DNA of 64,000 nucleotides from Gnetum montanum (GCA_015680685.1 MNCI01001248.1:369822-433821); one strand, 5' to 3'; shown: positions 1 to 15,381, counted from the first letter of the stretch. The notes: generated from the letters alone by a model not told the origin. Translations and numbers: made by a program.

Positions 1-1215
1 GATTATGCCTAAACACTTGTGATCTGTATGGTTTGGTGTGGGAGACATTGGCTACTCATCATTGGCACCATTTTTTAGGATTGTGATAGTAATCTAGATT
101 AGCTATATCATAAATGATCATTGTAAAAGTAGTAACAATTTATGTTTTAGAAAAAAATTAATATTATAAGTCATTGCACACATTATTAACTAAAAACATA
201 TCTTCTTAACATAGGACTGATAGTCCATCATATGATGAGAACACTAGTAGAATCATATGAGTGAATCTATATTGGAGATAATATGAGTGAATCATATGAG
301 AACACATAGTAATGATAGAATCTATATTGGAGATAATATGAGTGAATCATTGCAAGCAATGATCTCCCATCCTTATTCAAACCCTTACTATCCAAGACTA
401 TGTTTAGTTATTGCAAAATGTCTTAGAAAGGATGGAACAAGTCCTAGAATAAGGAGGGCCTTAAGGCCTATGACCTTTAGCAAACCTAGAAGTCATAAAC
501 CAAGGAATCATAGGGTGAGATATAGGGGCCATGGAAATTCTCCTAATTCATTATCTTTCTCTTCATCTTCACTATCTAGTTCTCATGATGATGAATGTAG
601 GTATGGATATAGAGCTCCACTAAGAGGTCAAGATGAAAATGGAAATAGAGATCAAAGACAAAATACAAGGTACCAAATGGAGCATAGACGAGACCATCAT
701 AGTTAGACAAATAGAAATAGAGATTATGATCATGACATATCTAATGATGATGAACCATTGTTGACTACTAGAATCATAATATAGATTAGGGAGGTAGTTA
801 GAATACCCCATAGGTAGCAAAGGGATAGAAACATCAAATGACTTGATACGAATAAAATTTCTAAATTTGAGGGAGGCTACAATTTTGATTCACAACATCA
901 TTTGCAAGCCTTCCATGATGCCTACACATTGCAAAATATTAAAAGTAAGTGGAAAAAACTTAAGTTCTTCCTTAGGAAACTAATAGAAGAAGCTAAACAT
1001 TGGTATAGATTTTTGTAACTAGATTTAATCCACTTGTGGTTCATAATGCTTGAGCTCTTCAACATGAAATACCAAACCTTTAAAAGAGTGTCCAATATGA
1101 CAAAAAAATCTAAGGTGAAAGAAAGAGAATAATGAATGCATTGATGCAACCTTGGAAAAATACTGGAAAATGGATCCCAGATCCATATGATCATACACTC
1201 TAGGTTTCTTGTTTA
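1..1215 (+). mobile_element. Decayed Athila-like Ty3/Gypsy fragment (LTR end, PBS, gag remnant)
   Basis: LTR-end ...ctcatca at 55-61, then a decayed tRNA-Asp-type PBS (tggcaccattttttagga, 63-80). The Arg/Ser/Asp-rich gag N-terminus and the QHHLQAFHDAY-like gag segment are homologous to the minus-strand gag copies at 3200-4400 and 22200-22900. Confidence 0.65.
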
Positions 1216-4200
1216 TCATCCTTAGTAATTTAAATTTTCATTTATTATCCCATGTAACATTGATTATAATTAAGTTTTAATCTTTTAGAGATACATATTT
1301 TGTTGGACTAGATGAAATTTCCATTTTAGAAGATCCAACTATGTGTTCTTGTTTATTCTTAATTTCAAGTTTTGAGTCTTCATTTTTACTACATATTATT
1401 GGTGTATGGCCATGGTTTAGGATATCCTTTTGTAAGTTCCCAATTTGGGTCATTTTCTTAGAGTAGAAGTTGACAAGTAGGTTAGATATTTCCATGCATA
1501 GTTTAGAAAATTTCATGTTTTTAATTCTTAACCATTGGGTATCTTTGGTTTAGTGACCATTTTTTCTTCTTGTATGCACACTTGTTTTTCACATTTTTTA
1601 TGGTCTAGTGTAATGATCATGTTAACTTTTTGAACTTTTAGTCCATAACTACATCCTTCTTTATCATAATTAATGCATGGAATTCTTTGTATATGCATGG
1701 CTTCTAGCTCATCTTTCTTGAAAATTTCCAAAGAAAAGTCTCTCATTCCTAACTTAGCATCAATTGCTCTAAGCCATGCTCTCCCAATAATGATAGGAAG
1801 GTGACTATTATCATTCTTCACATTGATCATAAGAAAATATATTGGATACGACCACCCATTGATAATGATTATCGCATCTTCTATCTATTCTAAAGGAATG
1901 GTAATTGATTGATTTGTAAGCTCTAGTCTTATGTTGTAGTTATTTAATGGTGGTAGGCTCTATGCCTTGTATGTTTCTTGAGATATCATGTTAACTCCAG
2001 AACCTGAGTCTAGTAGAATTTTGCATGGTGAATTTTCAACAATTTGCAAATAAACCAAAGAATTTGTAGGATCTATTCTTTTCTTGGTAAGAACTCCTAC
2101 CTTTATCTAATTTGATACTATATCAGTTAGCATGATAGTTGTAAGTTTTTGATTATTATTATAGAAGAAAATTGATTAGATGAAGTATTAAATCTACTAT
2201 TCTTTTTTGGAATTGTCCTAAAGAAAGGATGTTTCCTAGATTTACCTTTAATGTTATTGGTATGATCCTCTTTGTATACCTACTACCCTATTAACACTTT
2301 TCTGCTATGGTTGTGATGGTAGTTTTCCTTGTATGATTGGTAGTAGTATTGGTGGTAAAGTGTTGGAAGCTTAGAGTGAAGAACCAACTACTAGTTTGGA
2401 TGTGTAAGAATTTAGATCCATGCATGAATTAGTGGATCTATGATACTTTGGTGGATAGTAGGGTGAGGAAGTGTGGACAAAAGTATTCCAAGGAGAGATT
2501 GGACATTGTATGTAGTATCCATAGGGATCAAGCTAACTGTATGGATACTACTACCTTGATGGTGTCATTTCCCATGCTTGAGGTTGTTGCCATTGCTATT
2601 GGTATTACTCTTGCAATTTAGGATAAGCCTTTCTTTGATAGTATGATTTTTGGTAGGACTATTAGAAATTACCTTGTGAATAAGGTAATAGCCTAAGCAT
2701 TTTTTTCTTGACAAACTTTGAATTGAGTATGTATGCCCCCAAACTCTTTTAAATGGGCCATAACATGGTAACATCCCTTAGGATGTTTATATTGACAAAC
2801 TTTACATCCTTCATCATCTTATGAAGTGGAGTGCATTATTTCCTTCACTACAATAAGTTTTCCTTCATTCCTTTAGTTATCTCATCAATTATCTCTTTTT
2901 TACTTCTTATTTTTACTTCTATTTAGAGCTTGTTTAGTCTTTTCTTCTATTATATTTAGTGTTGTCATAAATTTTCCATTTTTGGAATCCCACATTTTCT
3001 CTACCTTTGTTGCAATGTCATAAACTAATTTTTGGATTAGTGAAATCTTCTGTTGGGTCATATCTTCTAAAGTTTCTTCTTCTAGCAACTCACATATTCT
3101 TACATTCCTTTTCATTATTATTGGATCTTTGTTGTATTCTTCTATTGATTCCCTTTTTCTTAGCTCTCCTTCTTCTTTTACCACTTGTTCAATGAGTATT
3201 TGAATTTTATGAGTTGTCATTTTAAATAGTTTGCATTGGGCATATATCCTAATAGTTTATCTAGTCTTAGTTCTTAACCCATCAATGATGTGTTGGAGTT
3301 ATTTCCTTTGAGAAAATCCATGGCTTGGACACCTATGCAATAAGAAATAATATCTACCCATTGCCACATTAAGAGATTCAAGTATCCCTTTCTTCCATCC
3401 TTGCATTTTTTTTCTCAATTTGGATCCTCTAGAATAAGTTGGATATTTGTCATTAAAGAGCTCTAGCATGATACTCTATCTTCAAATTGATTTTGGTTCT
3501 AAGGATCTATACAACCTCTCTACATCCTTTATGAGTATTCTAGGAAATAACTTTAATTTCTACTAATCATTTTCAATGTTTTAGAGGACATAGGCCTCAT
3601 GGAAGGCTTGGAGATGGTATTTTGGATCTAGGTTATATTTGTCTTCCAATTTTGGAATGTTTTTCGTGTCTACTTGCTTGATGTGATTGTCACTTACATT
3701 TTTGGTAGGAATGTACATATCTTCCCTCATATTGATCATGTTTTGAATGGCCTGTAGGGGTTCTTTGTAGTCTTTGGATTCATAAGCTCTACTCTGATGC
3801 CCATGATTCTCTCTTTCTTCATGCTTGATCCTTTCTCTTCATTTATCATGGTTATCTTCCATTTCATCAAGATGCCTTCTTCTATATGCATGCCTCTCAT
3901 GATCTCTCCTTCTTTTCCTATCATGATCTTTGAGTCTTCATTCTTTCTTATCAGAATCTATAGATGAATGCAAGGAGGAAGATGAAGGGGTTGGAGAATG
4001 GTGTCAACCAATTATTTTGTGACTCCTTTATTCATCCCCCTTAGATTTAGTAGAGGTATTAGGCCTTGAATTCCTTCTAAGTTTAGATCCTTCATTATCT
4101 CTTCTAGAGGTTTTTGTAAGAGTTGAATGGAATTTTATCTTACGGGATCTTCAATGCAAATGATTAGTATTTGAGAATAAGACCAACAAATTTGATCAAA

Positions 4201-4963
4201 TTTCTTAATTTTGAATATAGAATCTTCTTTTTCTTTTAGAATAACTACTTGAGATGCTTTCTTTTCCTTGTCATGCTTATGCATTATCTCCATGATGACA
4301 TCCCTTCTTGCCTAAGCCTCCATTGACTGGTATGGCGTGGTCATGTATTGGTGATGTGGTAGCTTTATTACACATGGATAAGGTTTGAGCTTATAAGGGC
4401 TACTTGAAGCATCAATGGTGCTAAATGTTCTAGTGGCAAGACAATGTTACCCTGTAAATCTCTCCATTTTAGTTGTTCATTCTAATTAAAAACAAATGTG
4501 AAGTTAAGATAGTAAGGATTAGCATGAGCATAGGAAATCTTGGTTTTCATTGGTGCACTCCAATCATCTTCATTATAGTCCTTGTAATGAATTTTATTAA
4601 ATTTAGTAGAAAGTGGATATTTTTTCTTGGTTGCAAAAGCCACGTTAAGTATTTGACACTTAAGTATGTATTTTTTAGGAAACTATTTTAAGTATGAAAA
4701 ATGTACCTTATGATTCTTGTTACAATGAACTTTGTAAAATAAACTAACTGCAAACATTGACATATTCAAGGTAACATCATAAATGATGAATATTTGGGTA
4801 TTCCAACACTCAACCATACAAATCATGAGTGTTCTTATGCGGCCTTATCATAATTTGTGGATGGACAATGTAAATATACTAGTAGTTGATGTTTAGCTTG
4901 TGATCATTATCTTCTTACATATAGTTAGAAAAGTTCAAGTCATATGGTTTAACTCTTGGTGAG
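1216..4963 (-). mobile_element. Athila-like element E, 5' part (LTR end, PBS, gag, protease), truncated
   Basis: Decayed PBS at ~4764-4781 next to the LTR end tgatga at 4784. Gag remnants at ~2130-4420 and aspartic protease remnant at ~1528-2100 (LLDSGSGVNMI...LPIIIGRAWL). Many stops. Confidence 0.7.
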
Positions 4964-5856
4964 GGATGAGCACTTGGGTATTCCAAATCTCCACCATACA
5001 ATTCATGAGTCTTCATATGCAACTTGATCATAATCTATGGATGATCAATGTAGATTCACTAGTAGTTGAGGTTTGGTTTCTGATCCCTATCTTCTTAATT
5101 TGAGTTAGAAAAGTTAAAGTTGTATGGTTTAACACTTGGTGATGCATATAATAGGTTGATGTTATTGGCTCAAACTAAGGTTAGGTGTAAACATGGTTGA
5201 AATAGAGTAATATAATCTAAGTCTAAATGTAATGAAAGTAAAGAGACTATTCTAACTTATGGATAATAAGTATACATTCCTAGTTTACCATTCACATCTT
5301 AGGTTTATGCAACTATCATTGGGATTACCAAGTGTTATGCTATTGGGATAACCAAGTAATAACACTACTAGGATTATCCAATGATTACAATATACATTCA
5401 AAACTAGTTGTACTTATACTACCTTACTAAGAAACATTGGAAAAGTAAAGTACTGAGAAACTGTAAAAAAAAAATTAAGTAAAGTGAACATGTTGAAAAG
5501 GTAAAGTTAAGCTAAGTAAGAATGAATTAAGTAAAAGTAAACTAATTAGAATGTTAAAATGATAGAAAACAATCTTAATATTTATTTCTAGTTATGAACC
5601 GAGCCTAAGAATAGCTCATTCAAACAAAGATTCTATACAATTGTTTAACACCATATTGCAAGCATTCACGATATTAATAAGTGTAAATCATGGAAAAAAA
5701 TGACAAGAATTTGCCTAAGTATTGGACCAAATTTTTTCATTTGATGCAATGGTGGATTAGTATTTATAGGGAGACTAGAAACCATTACATGGTATCTATG
5801 ATGACATAAGAAAAGCCACAATATCATAGATATGATATCATATTATTAACTTATCA
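4964..5856 (-). repeat. 3' LTR of Athila-like element G
   Basis: Begins TGATAAG on the minus strand right after a purine tract (cgtgggggta). Homologous to 23290-24173. Confidence 0.65.
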
Positions 5857-6089
5857 TACCCCCACGATTGACTGGAAACTTATCCTTGAGTTAAAACAAA
5901 AGGAGAATAAAGTTCCTTACAAAATTTATGGGGTTGTATATAGTTGTGAATACTATGACTTATTACATTCTTGACTTTACCATAAATGCTTCATCATGGT
6001 TTGAGTGATGTTTACAAAATTATCATGCATTGCATGATAGACACATATGACAAACTAAATGAGACAAAACAAAACAAATCTTAGAGCTT

Positions 6090-8215
6090 GATATAGCCTT
6101 TAGGTTCTTGGTGGTAGTGGCTCCTCCATTGGTCTCTTTCCTTTCTCACTAGGGTTTTGGAATTGGTATTGGTTAAGTAATGCTTGAAGTTTCTCCTCTT
6201 CTAATTTTGGATCATGTATCATTTAGTGAATTTAATGATGTTTTTAGGAGTCGATACTTTCCATGGGAAAGGTAATTATGAAAACATCTTATTTTCCTTC
6301 ATATACCATGCCATGAACTACTATCATTCTTCTTTAAATCCTCTAGCTAATTTTCTTAGTTCTTAGTGATCTATCATTTTATGAGTTAAATTTATTGAAA
6401 CATCCCTTTGATCTTGGTAGCTAGCCTTGACTACTTGAAGTTTAGAGTTTGCAATATGTAGCTTTTTTTGGGCATCCTTTCTATTTGCAATCTCCTTTTC
6501 TTTAGAGCATATACTGTGATCACTTATTGCTCTAGTTCATTTCTAGATCTACCTACTATGACCATGGCTAGATTAGCATAATGGAGGTTTGCTAACCCCA
6601 TGTATTTTGTGATATCTTCAATCTATAGGTCTTTGTTCTTGAATTTGACTTCTCGAATGTGGGCAAGACCATCTAGGATTGGCTACCAATCAAGTGTTTG
6701 TGTTGTGAGAGTGCTAATTTTGGCCTTGACCATCTAGATTTATTTTTCATTAATCTATTTATACATGTACACTTGGTATTTGAAGTGTTCTTTTAGCCTT
6801 TCATGCTTCTTGGCCTTTTTTTTTTTTTACCATGCACTAATCTCAATAACTAACTTTTGGTAAATTACATGGACTTCTTCCATGGATAAAGTTCTATTTT
6901 CCTTGAAACATTTTTACATATTTTGGTTGATTCTTGCAAACTACTCTATGAGTCAATAGATGCTCTCTTCAAGGACATTCTTCTATTTCTTAATGTTAGT
7001 TCACCTTATATTTTCTATAACAATCTTTTTGTTTTTCTCTTCTAATGTAGTTAGGGCTTTGGCATGAGCATATGTTTGTGCTTTAGCCAATAAGGTATTC
7101 CATATTTCCTTTTTCTTTTGCATCTTCACTAAAATGTTTTTGGCTACTAGCTAGGCTACTTATTCAGTTCTAAATTTATCTAGTTGGTTTGGTGCTATGT
7201 ATTGTGCAATGTTTTGTTTCTATACTCTTAATGCTACTAATTTGGCTTGTAACCTTTGTACCTCATTTTTTGCATGTTTGGCTTTTATTTTAGTCATTAA
7301 TAGCTTGCCCTTTGTTGAAATAAGTTCATAATATACTCTAGTGATATTGCTAGGGATATCAAAGAGGTTCTACATCACTTGCCCTATCTATAGTAGTCGT
7401 TCTATGATGTTCTCTTGTTCTTGTAGGGCCATAGAAGTTCCAGCTATGACATCTTTAGCTCCAATTATATTTGCTAGTGGCATAATAGGAATATTTAAAG
7501 ATTTCTTGATATGATCTATAATTAATTTAGCTACTCTTGCTACAACCTGGTGTTGCATAATCATGACTGTAGCTCCTTTTCCTATTCCAATCATAACCTA
7601 GAAGGATGTAGTGTTCCCAAATATATGTTGTGCCCAGCCCTCATTTTCACCTTCTTGTAATGATATTTCATCACTAGTAGGTCCTATTGATATTACACAT
7701 ATGCATGGATATGCTTAAGACTTCTTTATTCTCCTAATTGATGGTTTTAGCTATCTACTATAGATAGCTCATAGAAGGTCTATAATCATGCTATGTTGGT
7801 GAAGCACTTGCCCCTGGTCTATTACCAACTAGTGTTGATCCATTGGGTCTTACTTGATCCTATCCTATAGTTGGGATATTTCTTGTTGGCATGGATCTTA
7901 TTGCTCTTTTAATGTCTACTAGCTTCTCTAGTTAATCTCTCTTAGGAGGCGCTAGCTTTGACGTCTCAACATAAGATGCATTTTGGGCTTTATGTAGAAC
8001 ATCATTGGTATAGTGCAAAATTCCATCTTTCTTGCATAGTCTTCTTATAAGGCAAGGAAATGACAAGGTGATATTTCCTACCTTCTTCTCTTCAAACCTT
8101 CTTTGGATTTCCAAGAATAGTAAATGAGTCATGTTTTCTTGAAATTTCCCCATAAGAATAGCACTTCCTCTTGCAGCATAGGTGGAAATCTTGTTTAATC
8201 TCTTGTGATAAGTTC
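6090..8215 (-). pseudogene. Athila env-like / putative plant transposon protein ORF with coiled-coil C-terminus, decayed
   Basis: ORF 7932-8219 contains LFLEIQRR...TLSFPCLIRRLC, typical of the extra ORF of Athila-type elements. It is followed by Lys/Glu/Gln-rich fragments and lies just upstream of the PPT. Confidence 0.55.
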
Positions 8216-9594
8216 TCATAAGTTGTTATAGACTTATTCCCCAAGTAAAACTGGCCCTACCATGTCTATATTTGGGGTTGTCAAAATTGCCTTTTGGACT
8301 GCCAAAATTGGCATTTTTATGGATTTTATGGGAGGCATGACCATTGCTATGTTGGAAACATCCATACCCAGCATTGGGGGGTTTGGTTTTCATCTTTCCA
8401 ACAATGGTCAACATAGTTTCCAAGAACCTTTAGCATTGCTACACTAGGCCAATGTTGGATTGGTTGGAATTTCCATTTTCAACAAATTTTAGCATTGTTT
8501 CAACAACTCTAGTGTAGCTCTAGCATAGTCTGAGTGTGAATGAGGCTTCCTAGTTGGCCAACTTAACTCCAATGTAATCCTAGCATAGATGGGGCTTCCT
8601 AGCTGGTTAGTGTAGCTCTAGCATAGTTCTAGCTTAGTCTTATCATGGATGCCACAATGCTAACATGGTTCCACAAGGCCAATGTAGTTGCTATTGTTCA
8701 AGCATGGATGCCACAAACCCAGTATTGGAGTGATTTGGATTTTCATTTTTTCCAACAATTCCAACGTTGCTCCAATGAATCCAATGTAGTTCAAACATTT
8801 TAGCAAAAATTCCATGATGCTAGTGAAGCTAGCATAGTTGGAAAAGTTTATTTATTATTTATGGTATCTAGCATAACTTTGGTGGCCTTGGAGGTATTAA
8901 AACTAATCATAAATAGAAAACTATGTTGGAAATAATGGCCTGTCACACTTGAAAATTACATCAATTTGTCAGCAATTATGGCAGAAAATTGTAGCACCAA
9001 ATTGAACACTAGTAGCCTATTTAAACAAATTTATAATACTTTGAAAGAATTTTTAACAAATTAATAATTGGTTCAGCACTGGAGACTCTCAGTGCATTTC
9101 CTAGTAGTACAAAATCAAGCATTTTATCCACCATTACAAGACACCAATGTAGCAAATCCACATCTAAGAATCAGTGAGGAATTTTTGGAAGTTGGAGATT
9201 GGAAGCATCTAGATAATGCAACCAACTGTAGAACACAACCTGCTGGTTTCACTGAATTTCAAGCATCATTTGGGAAACTCCTTGTGCATTTGGGCACATA
9301 TATGTAGATCTTGAAACTCTACTCTTGTAGAATTTTTATTATTTTGATAAAAATCAATAATTCATTTTTTTGTGCAAGTTTAGAGTAAGTTTAAATTTTG
9401 TGCTTTTCCTTAGATTAGATCTACATTCTTTGTTATATTTTTTTGCACCATTTACAACTTCTAAGTACCTGGGTGATTGGCAAGATCAGCTAGGGTAGTT
9501 TGGATCCTCTTCTCAGAGGTTCTTGGGATCTGAAGTTAAGCTATTTCACTTAGAATTTTTAATTTTCTAACAATCTAACTTTTCAAGTATTATA
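8215..9594 (+). repeat. 5' LTR of element F (left-truncated)
   Basis: Colinear with 18780-20234; TATA-like cctatttaaa at ~9015; ends just before the PBS. Confidence 0.8.
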
Positions 9595-9599
9595 GTTTC

Positions 9600-9618
9600 T
9601 AGTGCTAGAAAGATGGCC
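9600..9618 (+). promoter_or_regulatory. Primer-binding site (decayed tRNA-Asn type) of F
   Basis: tagtgctagaaagatggcc versus TGGCGCTAGAAGGAGGGCC in element A, at a similar spacing from the LTR end. Confidence 0.75.
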
Positions 9619-11619
9619 TTTGCCCAAGCCTTCACCAAAATCCTATTTTTCCCCTTTCACAAATAATTTTTTGCAAGTGAAAACCTTTGAATCTATACTA
9701 AAGTCTTTTAAACATTATCCACAAATTTTTTCCAACAAAACCAATGTTGCTGCTCATTTTCCTATAACTAAAACCCAACATAGTAGTTATAGGTGATTTG
9801 GATGTTCAAAATATTTTCATAGTAGTTACTAGACTTTTCAAAGACAATGTGGATGCTAACAAAACCTACTATTCTTCTTAGCTAAACCCTACCTTTGTGT
9901 GTTTCAAAGGCTAGCATAGCTTAGCTTCAACCACCCAAGCCCCTTGCTATGAAATTTTATGATTAAAGCTAGCATGGCTCTCTTCAAGATGCTAGTGTGG
10001 TGTTGTAAAAATCAAATGTTTTACACATACTTAAAAGAAAAACCAGTGCACCTTTTTTGAGAGTGGATCTCATTAATGTTTTTTTATGGGAAAGGTAATT
10101 GATTACTTACCCTCCTTTGCCCCTCCAGTGTAGCCCCTACTAGCAAAGCCAACATAGTTGGTTTTACCAACATCAAAAACTCTTACATTTTTCCAAGTGC
10201 AGTGTACATCCCTATCACTGTAGCCTATACTACACTTGCAGTTGTAGTTTCCATCATTTTCCAACCATACTCCTTTTGCACCTTGGGAAATTTCACTTGC
10301 TATAATTTTGGCTTAATTAATTAAAAATTAAATCAAACACCCCCATCTTTCCCCTTTTACCAAACTACCTAGTGTATTTTTGTTGGACCAATTACATTTT
10401 CTCATCACCACAAAGCCTAGCATTGCTTTTCAAGATACCTACTGTATCTTTTGAAAAACAGTAATTTTTTTCTTGGTTACACAACAAAACCCAATGTAGT
10501 TTCCATAAAAGGAAAATACACCAACACCCTTTAAAAAAGAAAATCAAAAAATTTATCTTGATATGACTAACATATTTTTGAAAAAATTCTAGTGTATCTT
10601 TCAAAAATCCAACATATTACAAATAATTACCTTTTCCATATTTAAATTTTCATAATAATTATTGGACTTTTTAAAGCTCAGCTTAGTTTTCTCTAGCCTT
10701 GTGTAGCCTTTTTGGTACAAATTAATGTCTTTTTGCAAATCAACCATTCTACCACTGGACCTTGCATACATGACCACTAGCCAAGATCCAGTTCGTGTCT
10801 ATGACCTAAAAGATCATGTGGTCATAGAACAAAGAAAATTACTATGATAAAGGGGTAAGAACCTAGACTTCATGGTGATTAATGAGGAGTTCTACAACAT
10901 CCTTTGTACCATGATGTAAGCTAGTTCCTTGATACCACACTTCAAATTTGATGTTAAGCCTCAATTTAAAATTATAAATTAGGATCGAAAAGAATACATC
11001 CCATCTCCTTATGACCAAATCCCCCTCACCAACTTTTATGCACAAATGTGCATACAACTCATAGAGGTTGATGAGTTTAATGAGGAAATTAGCTAAGAGA
11101 ATCTAAAAAAAAAGAGCATGATGAGTTTGAGGTTGAACCAAAGCTAGACACCTTCATTATGAGCCTTTTCTAACAATAAGCTCCCTAAAAAACTATCCTG
11201 TGCTCCACATTTTTGGCCTTATTGAAGGGATAGGTTCCTTAGGTCAATTCCCATTTTATCCATTCTACTATGCTTGGGTCTACACCCATCATTGCTACAG
11301 AATAGGCAAAACCCATGCCTTAGTCTACCTTGTTCTCCTCTATGCCCTTTTCCATACAATCTCATATCATGTACCTAGCCTCAGTGATGTTTGCCTCACC
11401 GTATCTCTTTGTTATGCAAGTGGGAACCTCATTGGGGCCACAAGAAACATAGGCCTCTCACTTTTCTCCTTTCATACCATATGTTTCAACTCAAACCTCT
11501 TTCTCCTTGTTTAACACTTGCAATAGTAGTTATACAACCTCTCCTCTCTATGCTAATGTTAATTGTACAACCTCAAGCTACTTAACTTGGTTCTCATCCA
11601 TCAACATAAACACCACAGC

Positions 11620-14290
11620 TCACAGGGATGCCCCAAGGCTTGGATCAAGCCTTCCAAATGATACAAGACCTTATTGAAGAGTTGCAGAAACTCAAGGCCA
11701 ATACAACTCAAATAGTCAAGGTTCTAGACTTTTACCAAGATGATCCTATAAGCCCTACCATGCCTCAAATGACCTTAGTTGTAGGTATGATCATAACAAG
11801 CTTCATCAAATGCAATGATGAAGGGGATTCCAATGCACATCTAGTCACCTTTTAGTCTTGGTACCTCTTTTGCAAGCTTAGCCACATATTATATTGAGGA
11901 TTTTCCCTATGTCCCTCAAGGGTAAGGCTCTAGATTGGTATTGAACCTTGTCTAGAGGTTCCATCTCTTCCCTTGAGAACCTAATAAATCAATTTTTCAA
12001 CCACTTTAGATACAACTTGAAGCCAAATGCCACATTGAAGTAACTGATGAAGGTGAAGTAGGGGCCACTTGAACTAGTCAAAATGTTCATTTAGAGATGG
12101 AATTCAACCCTCAACAAGATCCTAGAGCCTATCTCTAAAATCCATCTATTAGACATCTATAAGGGAGTAGTAAACAACTTCATTAAGTTGAAGCTCTACT
12201 ACTTAGAGTCTCAATCATTGGGCCAAGCCATTTGGGAAACCAAGAACATCGAAGAGGCAATTGAGGTAAGCAATGATTTGGCCTGTGGAACCTATAAAAA
12301 TCAACATGCAAGGAGGGATAGCTATAAAACTAGATAAGAACATACAATCATGGCCACAGTAATAAAAGAGTTTAAATAAGTAGAAAGATGAGGATCACTA
12401 CCTTACAACACATCTTCTAACTCATCACAACCATCCACTTCCTATTCCCCAAATCAACCAAGATCAAACTTTCGATGGAAGGATAGATCTAAGTACACAA
12501 GGTTTCCTATGAAGCCCTCTAAGCTTCTAGAATAGTTTCTTAAAGATAATCATATACAACATAAGAAATTGTTTAAGGAGGCTTGTATGAGGACATAATT
12601 TTTGTGACATAGCTAGAGACCCAATGATAGCAACTAAGGGTTATCCAAAGATACAAAAGTACTTTAGACTAGATAGGTTTTACCATTATCATCAAATAGT
12701 TAGTGATGAAACCAATTTTTGCCTAGTGTTAAAGGATGGCCTCTAGAAGATGATAGACTATGGAGTTGGTGTTGAATGAGCCCAACTCTCCAAACACCAA
12801 CAACAACTCCTCTACTGTAGCCTTATTTATGGAAACCAAATGGTCTAATCCTTCTAGGAAACTATTTGTCATCAAAGTACCATTGCAACCCTAAAACACA
12901 AAGCCTAGAGAGCCCTTCATCATACGGGTACCACCTCCCCTAGCTCTTAAAAATCCTTTCATCATACGTGTCCCACCTTCAATGGCATCAACTTTGTAAC
13001 CTAGACCATGAGTTACTAGTCCTTTGGAACCTAGGGAACCATTCATTATTTGGGGTTCCTCCATCTTCAACAAGTAAAACCATGACAACCCATGATCAAA
13101 GCCCACCCATAGTGGTCCATAACTCAGAGGTTAGGAAGAAATCATCATCATGATGACAATGAAAGAAACCTATCACCAAGCCAACAACAAAGCTCACTGA
13201 AGGTGACCAACCACAAAAGCCTTCAAAATGAACTAATCCACCTAGAGCTACATCGAGACCAAGTACATCCATGAACAAGGGGCCCAAGGCATCCACATCA
13301 AAACCTAAGCCACAAACTCTAGGAAGGATGGAAGAAGTTAAAATCACTATGACTAAAAGGCTACACACCAAGGGAAATAGCTTCTTCGCAACAATGGAGT
13401 AAGCCAAATGATCATTAAAATAAAAGAACACATCACCAAACTTGTATGACTTATTCATGACCTCTCTTACTCATAGAGATGCACTAGCTTAGGTGTTAAC
13501 CTCTATCCCTATGAGTAGATACATGCCCATCAATAAAGGATCAATCCACTCTATCATTGAGCAAGCTTCACTTAGAGAAAATGGGCATCAACCCATGCTC
13601 AAATTCCATGACATTGAAGTGAAGATTGACTCTCGAGATGGAGAGGTGATATTTGCTTCTCTCCTCGTTACTATACATGTTAGTAGGTACAAGGTTCATC
13701 ATGTCCATGTGGATGATGGGACAACAACTAATGTGGTATCACTTTTCATTGTTGATAAGCTAGGCTTAATCGAGAACATCCAAGAAACCACTACCTTTGA
13801 CCTCAAATCATTTAATGGGTCATGAGTAGTGGTGCGAGGTTCCATCTCCTTGGATTTTGTAGTTGGTGAGCAATTCCTGCATCTACTAACTTCCTAGTGG
13901 TTGAAGCACTTGGCTTCAACTTAATCCTAGGAAGACCATGGTTGGCTAAGCTTTGCATGGTCTCATCCCCTATACACCAGGAGGTTCACTTGCCCTACAA
14001 AGAAGGGGAAATTGTCATATGTGGAGATAGTGTGTTACTACCTTTGATTAACTATGTCAACATCAACTAAGGTTTAGAGGTGGAGTTCCAAGAGGAAACT
14101 TCTAACACTCAAACTAGGGCCAATGATAATAAGAAAAGTAACAATGCCAATAACACCAACTCTATAACATTGAATTGCCAACGAAAATGCATGCAACTTG
14201 CCATGCTAAGCAAGAGAGATGGTGAGCATAAGATTGTATCAAAAGGATTCATGATCTCTCGAAGATCAAACAACAAGTTCATGGTAAATG
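11620..14290 (+). pseudogene. Tat gag-protease of F, decayed
   Basis: MPQGLDQAFQMIQDL...DFYQDDPISP matches gag of A (MLPSAQDWAEAK...DFYNDDPISS). Protease motif HVHVDDGTTTNVV and FNLILGRPWL present. Confidence 0.85.
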
Positions 14291-14404
14291 TCTCGTCCAT
14301 TCTTTTGTCAATTGTTTCTTCACCTTTGTGACATTATGTCATGTTTCATTGTTGATTCTATCCTTGTATGCTCTTTTGAGAGCCTTCCATACTTGCTAGG
14401 CAAG

Positions 14405-14500
14405 TATGGATCATGGCTCGCTAAGGCTTAAAACTAGCAAACTATGGTTTGCTAAGGCCTAAAACTAGTGGCCTGCCAAGGCCTAAAACTGGTGAATGTG
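14405..14500 (+). repeat. Hairpin+AAACTRG array after the PR ORF of F
   Basis: Three units such as ggcc-tgccaa-ggcc-t-aaaactgg; a further unit at ~16615-16640. Confidence 0.7.
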
Positions 14501-15380
14501 ATGGCCTCCTTTTTTCATCCCTATACCAACATTGTAGCCAATCTACCCGATAGCATCATATGTGAGTTTACTTATATGCGTATACCTTGGTTTACAATTA
14601 TTATTACATCACATTTTATCTACTAGTTTTAGTTTATGACCTTGTTACATTTGCCATTAATGTTTATATAAAACATATAAAACATGAAATTTGAAACCAA
14701 AATTAATTATCAGTAGTATTAACTTGTGGGATTTTACAACATATATTTCATAGAAATGAAGGTTGATTATCAACGATGTAGACCTAAGAAGCCTTGAACA
14801 TTGTAATCTCTCTTCATCCTACAGAAGCACTCTTCTCTAGAAAGGCTCCACCTTCAACTTTCTAAGACACATCTTTAACTTTCTATTTTGAATCAATGTG
14901 AACTTAAACAAACACCGACGAAGATACATCTCATCAAAAACCATGGTTAAATGATAACAAATTTTTAAATATAATCAATCACCTTTATGTATTGTTTAAA
15001 CATGCTACTTAACCATCATAGGATGGATTCCCCACGTTATTCACACTAACAATATTGTTAAAACATGTGTTTGAAATTTTGGATAGAGAGATTCACCATA
15101 ACGATGTGCGTTAACAGTTTTGTTGGTGGCATCCGTGCGAAATAAGATCATTCAATCTCACATGGTTAAACATGTGTCAGTTAAGTAAGATATCCAAAGT
15201 GCTCTTTATACTCCCTGCAATAAAACAACAAACCCTTCAATCTTCTGCAATAAGGTATTTGAAGTCTTCCAATAAAATATCCAACACTTCAACCTCCTGC
15301 AATAAAATATCTCGTCCAATAAAATATCCCAAAGCCCATCTCCCCACTAAACAAACGAACAAAAAATTAACAAAAGAGGC

Positions 15381-15381
<1 letters not shown>

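Noticed and set aside
6090-8215. True retroviral envelope gene
   Set aside because: Only the Athila-type extra-ORF motif is recognisable; no fusion glycoprotein features are visible and the ORF is heavily decayed.
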